A stretch of 64,000 bases of DNA from Pseudovirgaria hyperparasitica (lineage: Eukaryota): NCBI GenBank assembly GCA_010093815.1, contig ML996587.1; one strand, given 5' to 3'. Under the pieces are notes generated by a model, which ran no database searches, was not told the DNA's origin, and saw nothing but the letters and a program-made list of their open reading frames with translations. Position numbers and translations under genes: made by a program. Shown in pieces: positions 12,824 through 27,480 of this stretch. Numbering within the stretch: the stretch's first letter is position 1; each line of letters starts with the position of its first letter.

Positions 12824-15800
12824 TGTTAGGACTTAGCCTTAGATATAATCTAATCTATATATACCTTAGCTAATAGATTTAGAAGGTAGCGTAAAGGGCG
12901 GTAAATAGTTATATACTAGATAGATTAGCGTCCCTTTATATATATACTCTTAGATTTCTACTAAAAGGGTTTAGTAGTAATTTATTCTATAATAGAATAT
13001 ACCCTATTATTCTATCTAACTATACTACTATCTAATAACCCTATTCTTATATTTAAATTACTATCTATATAGTACTATAGTTAAGATAGTCTAACTAGAA
13101 CTAAGAAGGTTAATATAATCTACTATAGAGATAAGTAATACTATATTAAATAATAGGGATTCTCTATAATTAGTATTAATTCTAGCTATTTCTAATTAAG
13201 AAGTAGAGATATTAGACTAAATTACGGAACTTTCTAATAAAGAAATAGTATATACGCTAAGTAACTTCTAATAATATAAAGCTAGATAATAAGTTATAGT
13301 AGAGCTATATAAGATATTATAATAAACTATTACTAAACTTTAAGAATATATTATAAATTAGACTTAAGAGATTTAAACTCTTAAAGAGTAGATAGAACAC
13401 GCGAAACTCCTTATAAAGAGATAAGAACTTAAGGAGTCTCTTAAAGAACTACGCTAAATAATAATAGGTAGATAACTTTCTATACTAATTTAGGCGGAAT
13501 TAGTTTACCTACTATTAGAGTTATAATAATCTACTATACTCCCGGCCGCTTTATTACTATTTTACCCTACTTCTTCTCTAGATATACTAAAATCTAAAGA
13601 TCTAACTATATTTATAGAGAAGAACTAAAAGGAGTAGAAAGACTAGAAGAGAGACTACGAAAAGTACTTCCTTAATAACCCTCTACTCTTTTCTACTAAA
13701 GTATAATATATTTTATTTAGAGAATAATACCTAGACTTATAATGCTATAATTAATAGAATAGATAGAAGGAAGTATAGCTACTATCTACGATAACCTAGG
13801 AATATTTAGCTATATTTATACTAAATACCCTTAGAATAGATAGAGAATATAAAAGAAAGGTACTATCTAAGTTAAGAAGCGTAGTATAATAACCGACCTA
13901 GATATCTACTTAACTACTATAATACCTCTAAAACCTATAGAATAATATCCCTATACTATAGGAAAATATTTATATATTCTAGTTTTATAAAGTACTACTT
14001 CTATTAATCTACGAAAGACTAGAAATAGTATTATTAAGTTTTAACTATCTATATAAATTAGAGAAGAAAGCTAATAAATACTACTATATTCTTAAGAAAC
14101 ACGGCTCTCTAGATAAAACTAATAAACTCTATATAGGTTAGAAACGAGGTTAATTAAATATATTTAATTAAGAGTAACCTTATTATAATTAGCGCTAGAA
14201 GAGTATAAATTAGGGTAAAAACGCGTTAAGAGAATACTAAAATAATTAAGGCGGTACTTCTTAATACGGAAAAGAATAAGATATAGACTTAAATATAATA
14301 TCTATTATAAAACAATAGGATTATAGTATACTTCGTTACTATAAGTATAGAGAAATAGAATACATTTTATCTAACTATAAGAATCTAAAAAAAGAGTAGA
14401 CTAGTATATAAGATCTAACTATATTCTTAGCTAAATAATATATACTTAGAAGAAGCTATAGCATCTTCTAGTAAGTAAAGATCTAATATTACTAAAAGTA
14501 TTATTATCTATAGTAAATAGTAATAAAACTATATAGACCCTTATAGATACTAGTATAGAAGATAACTATATTTTATTAATTCTTATAAAGAAGTATAGAT
14601 TATTATACGATCTTAGTAAAGTTAGCTAAACTATTATAGTTAATAGATATAAAGTTAGAACTTTAGGTAAAGCTATAATAAATTATAAAGTTTATAACTT
14701 AAAGATAATAAAATAGTAGATATCTAATAAATTTATTATAGCTAATATTAGCTAATAGAATATAATTCTAGGGATACCTTAGCTTAAACGCCTAAACTCT
14801 ATCCTTGATTTTTAGAAGGAGATATTAATATTCTAATAATATTATAGTAAACTATACTAGTAAGTTATAACTATTAGTAAGAAGATATAGAACCTTACTA
14901 TATAGATCTAATTATTACTAATCTATCTTATATTCTTATTAATTATTAATAAAGATAAGAATAATAGTAATAATTAGAGTAAAGATATACTACCTAACAT
15001 ATATTTATAGTATACAGATATATTTTTAGTAGGAGATATATTACTTCTCCCTAATTATAGACTATATAAGCTAAAGATTAAGCTTAAAGAGGGAGTAGAC
15101 GTCTCTTATAGTCTACTTTACCTACTTTTAAGACTAGAACTTAAAGTTCTTTATAAATATATTAAAGAATACCTTAGAAGAGACTAGATATAGTATAGTA
15201 TATTATCGGCTAGTATATCTATTCTCTTTATAAAGAAGAAAGATAGAAGTTTATATCTATATATTAACTATTAGATACTAAATATAATAACTAAGAAGAA
15301 TCGTTATCTATTACTACTAGTTAGTAAATCTTTAGACTACTTAATAAAGGTAAAGTACTTTATAAAGCTAGATTTATAAGATATATATTACTAGCTTTAA
15401 ATTTATTATAGAGATAAGTAGAAAACTATATTTTTAGACTAGATATAGTTGCTTTAAGTATACTATTATACTATTTAGACTAATAAATATACTAGAAGCG
15501 TTTTAAGAATATATTAATACTGTACTTATAGAATTACTTAATATAATCTATATAGTTTATCTTAATAATATACTAATTTACTCTAATAATATATAGAATT
15601 ATAAAGAATATATAAAATTAATACTAAATTAGCTTAGATAGTATAAGCTCTATATAAAGTTATCTAAATATAAGTTCTACTAATAAGAAGTTATATTTCT
15701 TAGCTTTATTATAATATATAGTAGCCTAAAAATAGGGCTAGAGTATATAAAGACTATTATAGAATAGCTAGAACCTACTACTATATATTAAATTAGAATA

Positions 15801-18800
15801 TTTATAGGTTTTATAAACTACTATTATAAATTTATTATAGGCTTCTTATAAATTATAGTACCGCTTAATAAACTTATAGAGAATAGTAGTAAAATCCCTA
15901 TAGATAGGCGAGTATAGTATAAAGCTAAGTCGGTCGAGATATAGTTAACGCTAGAAGTATAAGATATATTCTAATTATTAAAGAATTACTTTATAACTAT
16001 ACTAATTCTTAGATTTCATTCTTAGAGGCTCACACCCTAACGGACTAAACTAGTTAATTCGGGGTAATATAGCGATCTACATACATTAAACGATAGAGTA
16101 TACCGAGTATAACAACCTCTAACACACGTACGTACATATAGCGTATAATACGCGACGATACCGACGTATAGAGACGCTATATATATACACTCGAAGGCTC
16201 TTTAACGACACGAGTATAGACTATCTCTAATAAACGCCGATACACCGACCCCCTTTTTATTAGTTACGGGTAGCCCTTTACTAATAATTATAGTAGCCTT
16301 AGGTACCGACGTACCTCGGCTTCTACCGGGTATACCCCTAATACTAGTATAGTAGAAACGGCTATATAGCGGCATATCCTAGGACGATTAAACCCCCGTC
16401 TAATAAATAACGAATAACTAAGGGTATATAACGCTATAGATAATAGAGACGGAGGGGACCCCGCCCGGGGAGACCCTCCTAGATAAGATTAACTACTAGG
16501 TAGCACGTGTAGAGAGGGAAGTTAAGAAGGGAGAAACGGCCCTCCTTAGTATCTTCCGGAACCTCGTCCGGAATATTAGAGAGCTTACCGTAGGAGTAAA
16601 ATAGACGCTAGAACTAGACCCGGAATCTAGACTAGATCGTATAGAGGCCAGCCTATAGAGGATCTAGGAGGGCCTTACCTAGGGAAAACGCCCTAGCACG
16701 TGGGCATAGGTCGCCGTATCTATAAGCGGAACAGCTATATTAGCTAAAATACTAAGGGCATCTACGGACGGGGTATATAGTATACGAGTCGCTATCTAGG
16801 ATAAAGAAGTACTTATATAAGTCTAGTAAGCGTCTCTAAAGGATATTATAAATAAGATTAATAAATAGAAAGGGATATAGTTAAATATAGTGGCCGCTAA
16901 ACTCACTCTAGGAGGTATAGTACTAACTACTACTACTAATACAGCCTAGTAGACTATCTCGTGTGACCCAAACGCGATTAACGATATCTTCCCTAGCGCG
17001 TCCGTCCGCGTAACCACGTACCCGATATAGGTATATACTATCTCTATCTAAGGACATGTTATTAGAGAAGACAATATTAAGTAAATAGAGTAATCTAACG
17101 AACCGAAGTACCCTAGGATTAAGATTATAAAGGCGTGGTAGAAGAACGTCTAAGGGATTAAGATAAAATTAAAAAAGCACTCTACTATAATAGTAGAGCT
17201 TAGGGACCCCGCTCTCGCCTATAGAATAATATAGGAGGGCTTTCTAGCCGAAGGAGAGCTACTTATAGCGGAACTATAGAATAGGGCATAGGTAATAACG
17301 TAATGCTTTAACTATTAAGGATATAGATATACTAGGTAGAGATGCTCTTAGAAGACCGCCTATAGGTGGTGTAAATAGGGCTATAATACTAAGGAATACC
17401 CTTATAAGACGTAGAGCGACGAGACGCGAGATAGGGATACCGCTAAGTACTCTAACTACGACGGGAAACACCTATTCTAGTCGGTAACGTACACGAAACG
17501 TAAGTAGGTCGTAGAATATATTAACGCGATAAAGATAAGAGAGGCGAGGTAGATATACTAAGCCATAAGGCCCTCGCTACCCTCGCTACTATCCCTAACT
17601 TTACTTATAAATCCGGTAACCACCCCCTAAAGGGGAGAGGATAACGCGTAATAGTATACTATATAGAGAAAGATAGGCCGACCCCGGGGTATACTTAAAG
17701 CCGCTACCGCGCGAGGATAATCACGCCTTAGCGCCACTAATATATAGACTCGAACTTTCCCTAGCACCTAATAAGGGTATAAGATATACTTATTATTATA
17801 TAGGCGAACGTATAATATAAACGAGAAAACTAAGCGACGCTCCTAGAAGAGATAGGAGCCGTAATAATAGCCATCTAGGAACTATATAAATACTACTAAA
17901 CTAATAAGCTAATAACACACCTAGGATACTATACTATCTACCCCATAGGCCCGGATAGAAGAGTTATGTTTTATATATATAAGTCGATCCCGCTCTTAGA
18001 ATGGTCTTATACTAAATGTAATAACCTCCGGATAATACTATATCTCTAGATAAGTATAGGGCCTCTCTATATCTATAACATCTATAATTAATAGCGATCG
18101 CTTACGCTAGATAATATACTCGAGGGCACCACGACGCCGGGATAATATATCCTCCTAGGCGACTTTAATCTCTACCATAGGTGGTAGGGAGGCCTAGCCG
18201 TCGTAAGAGAAGAACTTAGAGTAAGGGAACTATATATACGGTACTATGACTTTCTATATCTCCTTATACCCGTGGGGTAGATTACCTAGAGGAAATATAA
18301 ATAGGACGAGGACGGGTCTACGCTCGACCTCACCCTCGCCACCGAGTATATTAGCTATAGAGTATAGTACTACCGCCCGAGCCGGATATAGACGGACTCC
18401 GACTATAAATATATAGAAACCGTAATAGACGTCTCTACTCTTAACGAATAATATAGAAAATAGCTATAGAAGGACACTAATTAGGATAAATACCTAGAGG
18501 ACCTAGAATCGGCGATTCTAGACCCCTCTATAGTCGACGTATCCAACGGCCTAGCTATAGATAAGGCCGTGTAAGTCCTCCTTTAAGTATACTAAGCTAC
18601 GAGAGATAAACACGTGCTATACTAAATATATAGACCCCTAGAAGTAAGGGATATACCTTAAATACGAGAGTGTAGAAGAGACGCCCGTAGACTATATACA
18701 CGTGTATACTATATCTAGACGACTAAGGCGTAGAAAGAGTAGAAGGAAGTAGTGCGATATCGTAATAGGGCCCTCCGTAATAAACGACGAAAATAATAGC

Positions 18801-21800
18801 GCATGATTATTAATAAATATATATAGTAAGCCGTAGGGCTATAGCGTATAGTAAAGTAGGCTAAGGGTATAGACGCGCCGATACCGCCGCTACTAATACC
18901 TCCTCTAATATACTAAGAGAGGATATACTCTATAAGCCCGGAGAAGACGGAGATCTTACGTAAAGTTATATTCCCCCTCCCGGAGCTAGTAGACCTATTA
19001 GATATTAATAATACTAAATATCTAGATATAATTAATATCCCCTAAGAGGTTACCGAGGAGGATATACTCGACGCCGTTAAAGTACTCCCGAATAATAAGG
19101 TACCTAGACCGGATAGGATACCGAATAGATGCCTTAAACGTACTATACCAGCTACCCTACCGCTTATTAGTTATATATTTCAAGCATGTATTAAGAACGG
19201 ATACCACCCCTAAAGCTTCTAGGCCGTCTATACCATTATACTCCCGAAACTAGGGAAGAACCCTAGCTCCCCAAAAGGATAGAGGCTAATTACCCTCCTC
19301 TTCTATCTCGGGAAGATACTAGAGGCCACGATCGCGAAGAAGATAAGCGCCGTAGTATAGGAATATAACCTCCTTCTAGTAAACTAGAAGGCGAAGGCTA
19401 GAAGCTCCCTAATTACCGCTATCTAACATATCCTTAAAGTCGTCTAGACCGTATAGAAGTAGGGACGTGTAGTAACGCTACTCTCCCTCGATATGGCCGG
19501 CGTATTTAATAAAGTAAACTATATAAGACTCATCTATAACTTACGGAAGAGGCGTATACCCGCGTAGATTACGCGGTTTATATAGTCCTTCCTCGCTAAA
19601 AGAGTTACCTAGATATATATTCCCGGATATTAAAGTAAGTATAAGAAGACGGCTTACGGCATTCTATAAGGAAGTACTATCTCCCTAATCCTCTTCCTCT
19701 TCTTTACTATAGACCTTCTCTAGGGAATATAATATATAGAGATAGTAGGATACGTAGACGATATATACCTTCTAGCTATCGATAATAACACTAGCTAAAT
19801 ATATAGATGACTCGAATAAGACTATAGGAGATGCGTCTAATGGGCAAAGCGCTACGGAGCAAAGTTCGCCCCTAAAAAGTACTAACTTATGCACTTTATT
19901 AACCGCTATAGGAAATGGGCTACTAGGGAAGGCGAGTAACGCCCTAGAATAGACGCCTTCGACGAACCGCCGATATAAAGTATACACGCACTTAGCGTCA
20001 TGATCGATAATAAGCTTAAATAGGGACCATAGATAGCATACGCCGTTTCTAGGGCCCTCTAGATAGAAGCCGCTATACGCCAGATTACGGTCTCTATATA
20101 GGGAACCGCCTAGGATAAGGCACGCTAGCTATATATATCTATAGTACGACCCGCCTTTATGTACGGACACGAGTGCTAGTACACGGCCCTTATATAGACT
20201 AGGCGAATAAAGCTTAAATCTATATAGAACCGTATACTCCGTCTTATATTAGGCGTATATAAAGCTACTAACACGGTGCTACTACGACGCGAGATAGACG
20301 TTATAAGTATATATAACTTCTACTAGATATAGAGGGTAGTATACTTTACTAAATGATAAGCATAGAAACGTATAGAAAATGTAGAATATACCTTCGCCGC
20401 GCTACGCGCGTGAGTTAGCATATACTACTAAGTACTCTTATATATAGGCCGGAATCGACTACGGTATAAGTGCCCGATAGAAATAGACTCGAACTAAGTA
20501 GTATAAGAGATTAAGAATAATCTAGATACTCTTCTAGACTAATAGAGCCTTCGAGAGCTCGGACGAAGTATATAGTTATAGATCTAAGATAGGTAGAAAG
20601 AGATACTCCGGGCCTAGTGGGCCTCCTAGTAGGATAGATACCTAGAGTAGATCTAAGGACTATAGAAGGAGCCGAGTAAATGGATATATAAAGGGCTTAT
20701 AAAGGCCTAGGTATCTATACTCCTCTAAGCCCGAACGGGCGCTATAGAACTTCTATACTACCTCTATAAGAGAGGCGTCCCCGACGTATCTCTATAGTAT
20801 AAGGCGTGCGGCTAGAGAGGTATAATACGCTACTATCTTATAATATACCCCGATCTTTACACGTAAAGGTAGAAGCTTATCTATATAATAAGAACCTCCG
20901 ATATCGTATAATGGCTTAATAAGTACCCTAAGGACGTCGCCCGGTAGATGATTATATATCTACTACTCCTCTAATTCTAGTAGACCCGGAAATATATACT
21001 AGAAGAAACCCGGTATATATCGGAGGAAACCTAGTATATGCCGGAAGAACCCCTTGACTAATAACCTCCGCACCTATACGTGCTACCTAAGGGTAAAATA
21101 ACGGTAATATAGGCTATAGGCTAATAGGTGTACCCTATGGCTATATACTTAAGAAGAAATAAAGGTTTAACGAGATGTAATTATCGACATAAGGAAGTTT
21201 TTCCCTCTTGGGTTTCTTCTTATATAGTAGTCTAGACTAGAGGAGGCATAGGCCTGTAGAGTACTACTCTACCTAGTTATATAATATTATTATTATTATT
21301 ATACTAATTCTTAGGTATTTTAATTTTAAGAAGTATATTTAGGTTAAAACTAACGTGTTAGAATTTATAATTATTAGAATTATTAGTTAACTATATAAAG
21401 ATATAAAAGATAAGGTATAATAGTATCTAGTTACCTTCTTTTTCTATAAAATAGTAGATATAGAGATATGTTATAATATATATAACTAGAAACTACTTAT
21501 AATTATTAAGAGTTTTAAGTAATAGTAATATTATTTAGAAGGTTCTATATATTAGATTAAATTATTATTAGATTATATAAATCTATATTACTTTATATTA
21601 ACTAAGGTTCTTAATTACTAATAAGTATATTAGGCTAAGTAGATATTAATATTTAACTTTAAAATCTTATATAAAGCTAGAAGAGAGAATAAAGCTAATC
21701 CTCTATCGCGGTATAAAGATTATAAGAAATTATTATAGAATAATATAGATAGTTAGTATAATTTAGACTATACTATACTTTAGATACTATAAGACTAGTT

Positions 21801-22272
21801 ATCTAATAGAATACTAGAAGCTAGGATACTTTTAGTAATTCTCTATAGAAATTAGAGCGGGTATTAAGTAATCTAAATAAATATCTAAGAAACTAAGAAA
21901 ACCCTTAAAGACTTAATTAAATCTATCTAGAATTCTAATATATTAGTAAAGAAAGTTATAAGTATAAAAGGAAGTACTATAGATCCGCTATAGTTATTAA
22001 GGTAGAAATAATAATTAGACGCGATCTACTTCTAAGGCCGACTCTATATACTAGAAGGCGGCTTATAAATTAATATTTTAAGGGAATAGCACGATTACGC
22101 GTTAGTAGAATACTTTAGTATTATAAGAATAGTCGATTTAATCCGAAGAATATATAACTAGCTAGGTCTTTATAAATATATAAAGGACTATATAAAAACG
22201 TATAACGTTTACTAGTATATAAAAGTATATAGATACTTACTATATAGTAAATTAAGACTATTACCTATGCTA
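12824..22272 (+). mobile_element. Gypsy family A copy (5' LTR 12824-13051, gag, PR, RT, RNase H, start of integrase), 3'-truncated and split by a LINE at 16013-21300
   Basis: LTR starts TGTTAGGAC. RT motif relic V-Y-L-N-N-I-L-I-Y-S near 15553. pol resumes after the LINE TSD at 21315 and breaks off at ~22272. Confidence 0.92.
16013..21300 (+). mobile_element. Near full-length Tad1-like LINE (ORF1 ~16290-17770 with CCHC knuckles; ORF2 ~17780-21060 APE endonuclease + RT), RIP-inactivated
   Basis: 14-bp TSD ATACTAATTCTTAG (15999-16012 and 21301-21314) and (ATT)n tail. Motif relics: Q-C-F-N-C-Q-G (~17301), A-I-Q-E (~17870), L-L-G-D-F-N-L (~18152), D-S-D-H (~18395), G-Y-V-D-D (~19748). Confidence 0.95.
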
Positions 22273-25200
22273 TATAGTCTACTATTCATAGTTACTAATC
22301 TATAAATATTCTATAATATTAACTAATTACTATATATAACTAGCTTTATTCTTATAAGACCTAGTATATTAATTTAGTAGACTTATAATAGTTATACTTA
22401 ATCTAAACTAACTAATATTCTTCTATATCTATATCTAAAGGTAGGTAAAAAGTACTACTATTAGTCTATAGAAAAGATTTAGATATAAGTAAATATTAAA
22501 CTAGCTAACTAACTATTCTATATAGATCTATATAACGTAATAGTAGACTAGTTAGATTCTAAGAATTTTTCTAGCTTATTAAAAGCTTTTCTACTAATTC
22601 TTCTAGAATATATAGTAATAGAATACCCTTTATTATTAGCTCTATCTATATAGATCTCTAGTAATAGACTAGTAGTAGATAATTTCTCTATAACTAAATA
22701 ATAGCATCTATTAAAATATAATTTATAGCTATTTTATATAGATTATTCTATTAATATTATAGAAGACTATATAACTTAGCTATCTATAAATATCTAACTA
22801 TCTAACTAAGTAAAGTTACTAATTATTATAATAATAGAGTAACGGATTATAAGAAAGGGTAAGGTTAGTATCTACTAGCCGGCCGTATTCTTAAAAGAAG
22901 GATAGTTTTAGAATAGATATCTTCTATATAGAGCCCCTAGCGTTTTAAATAATAAGGTTATAATTATCTTTAATTAATTTATACTTAGTAGAGTAGTAAT
23001 ATTACTACTATATTATTAGTAGATACTAGAGAAGACTTATTCTAAGCCCTAGGTAATTAAAGATAAGCTACTTATAGCGAATAAAACCAACTATTATACT
23101 TAGGTAGTACCCTTAGATATTAACCTAGTATATAGATATAAAGATAATAATAGTAGTATTTTAGCTAAGTAACTATTAAAGATTATAAGTACTATATAAC
23201 TAACTATAAAGAGTCTAGTAGATAATCTAATTATAGTATAATCTTAATAATTAGATTATATATATACTATATTACTTATATTACTAACTACTATTAATAA
23301 TTTAGACTTTAGCTTACTATATAATTAGTTAAGTAGGTAGTAAACGAACTCGGGTAGCTTAGTACTAAATATTAGTAACCTATTACTTTTTATACCTAAA
23401 TTAAGTTATATAATTAATTTCGAAACTAGTATATAAAGATTTAACCTAATTATAATTCTATAGAAAGATTAGCTAGATAATAAGAAAGCGACTATATTAG
23501 ATATCTATATATATAACCTTAATATAGTTAAAAGAATCATTAACTAATTAATCTAGACTAATATCTATCTTACTAATATCTACTAATAGCTATATAATAT
23601 AACCTTATTAATTAAGGTAAATATAGTCAATTAGAGAATCACGGTGGCTACCTAGGTATAATTTTTAATATTAGTACTAATAGCTACTAGGAATAACCTA
23701 CGTATAATACTTCTTAAGTAAGCTAAAACTCTCTATAAACTTATTAGTAATAAAGGTATTAACTAGATTAAAAATAGATATAAGTAATCTATATTTAAGT
23801 ATACTCTTTTAATAACTAAAGACTCCTTTAAAGTTAAGAGTAACCTAGATATATATATTATATTATTCTAGGATTTTTAGTAGAAAGTAAGTACCGCTAA
23901 AAAGATATAGAGCCTTAATAGAGTAGTTATAGAAAGTCTAGTTTTTAAAAAACCATCTATTAAGAAGGAGCCTTCTATTATCTAATCTAGGCTTATAAAG
24001 GAATAACTTATTATCTTATTAGATAAGAAAGAAATTAATAGTAATTTTACTATAGTATAGCTCTATCTAGTTCTTGAGATAACCTTAACTATCTTAAAAA
24101 TATTATCTTAGTTATTTTAACGAAAGCCTAAGTAGTCTAATTTAGTTAACCGCCTAGGTCTTCTATCTAGTCTAAGTAAATTAGCTTATTCTCTAGCTAA
24201 CTATAGAGAACTAGAATAGTACTTATACTAGATAGATAAGCTAATTAAGTAACTAGGGCCTCTAGAGGAGGTAGTTAACCTTCTTAAGTCTATGAAGTTA
24301 ATTTATAAATATAGTAAGTATACTATAAGATTATTTAATAATAAAATTAGTAAGTATATATAGAAATATCTAAATTAGGTCTATAACACTAAATATAAGC
24401 TCTATACTACTAGAATATCTACTACTATTATAGCTTTAGACTTAAGAATACTACTATAGCTACTTATAGTTATAAGTAGTATAAATCTTACCTTACTAAA
24501 CTACTACTAAATAGACTATTATATTATAAGACGTACTAAAAGATTATAAGGCTAGTTTTTCTAGATAATAACTCTAATAGCGTGTAAGATAAGGCCGTAA
24601 TAACTTTATATAAACTAACTAGTATACTATCTACTAGTAAGATACTATAAGTTAACTAGAATAATAATTAAGATATTAAAGTTACTAAGCTACTAGCTAA
24701 GTAATAAGGTTACCCTAAGAGTACTATAAATTATATTATATCTACTAAGGAACTCTCTAATATTAGTTTAGTAGTAGGTTAACTATACTATAGTATCTAT
24801 AAAGATATAAACCCGTATCTAGCTAAGTATTATATATAAAGCTACTAAGGGTAGTAGTAGATTTTCTTAAATTTAGATATCTTATTATAGCTATAGTAGT
24901 AGTATATATTATATATAATTACTATAGGTAGTAGTAAACTAGTTAGATATATAAATACAACCAACTAGATACATAGATAGAAAATAGTATACTTTACAAC
25001 TAACTTAACTTAACTTATTAATAATCTTACTATATATAGAGTTAAGTAAGTATATAATATAAAGGTTACTATTATATAATTACTTAGTTCTAAGTAATAG
25101 TTAGATAATATAGTAGTATTATATAATAAAGTTATCTAACGTAGCTATCTATCTATACTACCTTAAGTAGTAGGGCTAAGCCTAGAGCGGCTAGATCTAA

Positions 25201-25863
25201 AAAATCCTACTTAGCTTAAATTATAGAATATATATATAGAGCCTTATCTACCTCTATAGGGCCTTATCTACTCTAATCTAGCCTAGCTTACGCTTACTCC
25301 GGCTTAGTAACTATAAAATAGATAGTAATATCTAATTAAGTATTCTATCTACTAATAGATAATTATATAGTTCTAAAGAATAATTTCTAAATTTAGTCTA
25401 GCTAGGGTTAGTACTAAGGCACGGACCTATTAGATATATACCCCCTCTAGTATTAGTTATCTTAATTAATAACTAATATCTAGCGTAAAGCTATATTTCT
25501 ATAGATAGAAAAAACCCGGTAGTATAGAAATAATAGACTAGGCCTAGCCTAGTAATCTACCTAATTATAGGAGAGGTAATACTTACTATAGTTAGTTAGG
25601 GCGTTATTAAGAGCTAGTACTAATATAGTAATAAAAAGTCTAATTTTAAAAAGGATAAGAAGTAAGTTTATTACCTAATGGGATTTAAGAACTTAGACTA
25701 GGCTAGATTAGATTAGTAATAGGGTCTAGTTAGAGAGCTAATCATAGGAGATTTTCTTATATATATAGTAGCTTAGACTAGAGGAGGCCTGTGTCTATAG
25801 AACGTATATATAGCTATATATATAGTTCTTTCTAGTTAAATACTAATATCATTATTATTATTA
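22273..25863 (+). mobile_element. Retroposon-like element: long unidentified RIP-mutated reading frame (~22273-24870) plus ~820-bp tail shared with the SINE, ending in (ATT)n
   Basis: 25040-25863 aligns by eye with 50855-51668. One + frame has visibly fewer stops than the other + frames in the stretches sampled. No APE or RT motifs were recognised. Confidence 0.6.
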
Positions 25864-27170
25864 TAGATAGTAGAAAGATCTAATAATTATAAGAAAAGAA
25901 CTTAGAGTAAGAGAACTATATATAAGATACTATAATCTTCTATACTCTCTTATATCTATTAGATAAATTATATAGAGAAAATATAAATAGAATAAGAAAG
26001 GTTCTATACTTAATCTTACTCTTACTATTAAATATATAAACTATAGAATATAGTACTACTATCTAAGTAAGATATAGATAGACTCTAACTATAAGTATAT
26101 AAAGACTATAATAGATATATCTATATCTAATAAATAATATAGAAGATAGCTATAGAAAGATACTAACTAGAAGAAATATATAGAGAATCTAAGATTAGTA
26201 ATTCTAGATCTCTCTATAGTTAATATATCTAATAGTCTAGCTATAGATAGAGCTATATAAGTTCTTCTTTAAGTCTACTAAGATATAAGAGATAAATGTA
26301 TACTATACTAAATATATAGACCTCTAGATATAAGAGATATATCTTAAATATAAGAAGGTAGATAGAAAGTCTAGAGACTATATATATATATTATATCTAG
26401 ATAACTAGAGTATAGAAGAAATAGAAAGAGATAATCTAACTCTATAATAAGGTTCTCTATAATAAATAATATAAATAATAGTATATAATTACTAATAAGT
26501 ATATATAATAGACTATAGAACTATAGTATATAGTAAAGTAGACTAAGAATATAGATATACTAATACTACTACTACTACTAATACCTTCTCTAATATATTA
26601 GAGAAGATTATATATTATAAGTCTAGAAAAGATAGAGATTCTATATAAAGTTATATTTCCCCCCCTAGAGCTAGTAGATCTATTAGATATTAATAATACT
26701 ATATATTTAGATATAGTTAGTATCTCTATAGAGATTATAGAAGAGAATATACTTAATACTATTAAAGTACTTCTAAATAATAAAGTACCTAGACTAGATA
26801 GAATACTAAATAGATACCTTAAGTATACTATATAGATAACTCTACTACTTATTAGTCTTATCTTCTAGATATATACTAAGAATAGATACTATCTCTAAAG
26901 CTTCTAAACTATCTATACTATTATACTTCTAAAACTAGAGAAGAATTCTTACTCTCTAAAAGAATAGAGACTAATTACTCTTCTCTTCTATCTTAGTAAG
27001 ATACTTAAGACTATAATTATAAAGAAGATAAGTACTATAATATAGAAATATAATCTTCTTCTAGTAAACTAGAAAGTAAAGATAGAGAGCTCTCTAATTA
27101 CTACTATCTAATATATTCTTAAAGTTATCTAGACTATATAGAAGTAGAGATATATAGTAATACTACTCTC
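25864..27170 (+). mobile_element. Tad1-like LINE ORF2 internal fragment, heavily RIP-mutated
   Basis: Colinear with ~18180-19487. Confidence 0.88.
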
Positions 27171-27290
27171 TATTAGAAAAGATATAGCGCTTCTAAGTAC
27201 TTCTAAGTACTCCCTTAGTATTCTTTTATTCTATTATATTTATTAGATAGATCTACTTACTATCTATTCTAATAGAACGGCTTTATATAA

Positions 27291-27480
27291 TTTATACTAA
27301 GTATTCTACTTATACTAAATATTCTAGTTATACTAGATATACTAGTTATACTAAATATACTAGTTATACTAAATATACTAGTTATACTAAATATCCCGTT
27401 TATACTAAACGTCCCGTTTATACTAAATATACTAGTTATACTAAACGTACTATTTATACTAAATATATCGTTTATACTAA
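27291..27480. repeat. 18-bp minisatellite, ~11 copies
   Basis: TTATACTA recurs every 18 bp from 27292 to 27472. Least-mutated unit: TTTATACTAAACGTCCCG. Confidence 0.92.

Noticed and set aside
27171..27273. 103-bp solo LTR with TATTAGAA/TTCTAATA ends
   Set aside because: There is no TSD, the host LINE does not resume after it, and no second copy is in the window. A Helitron end fits better, though this is not fully excluded.
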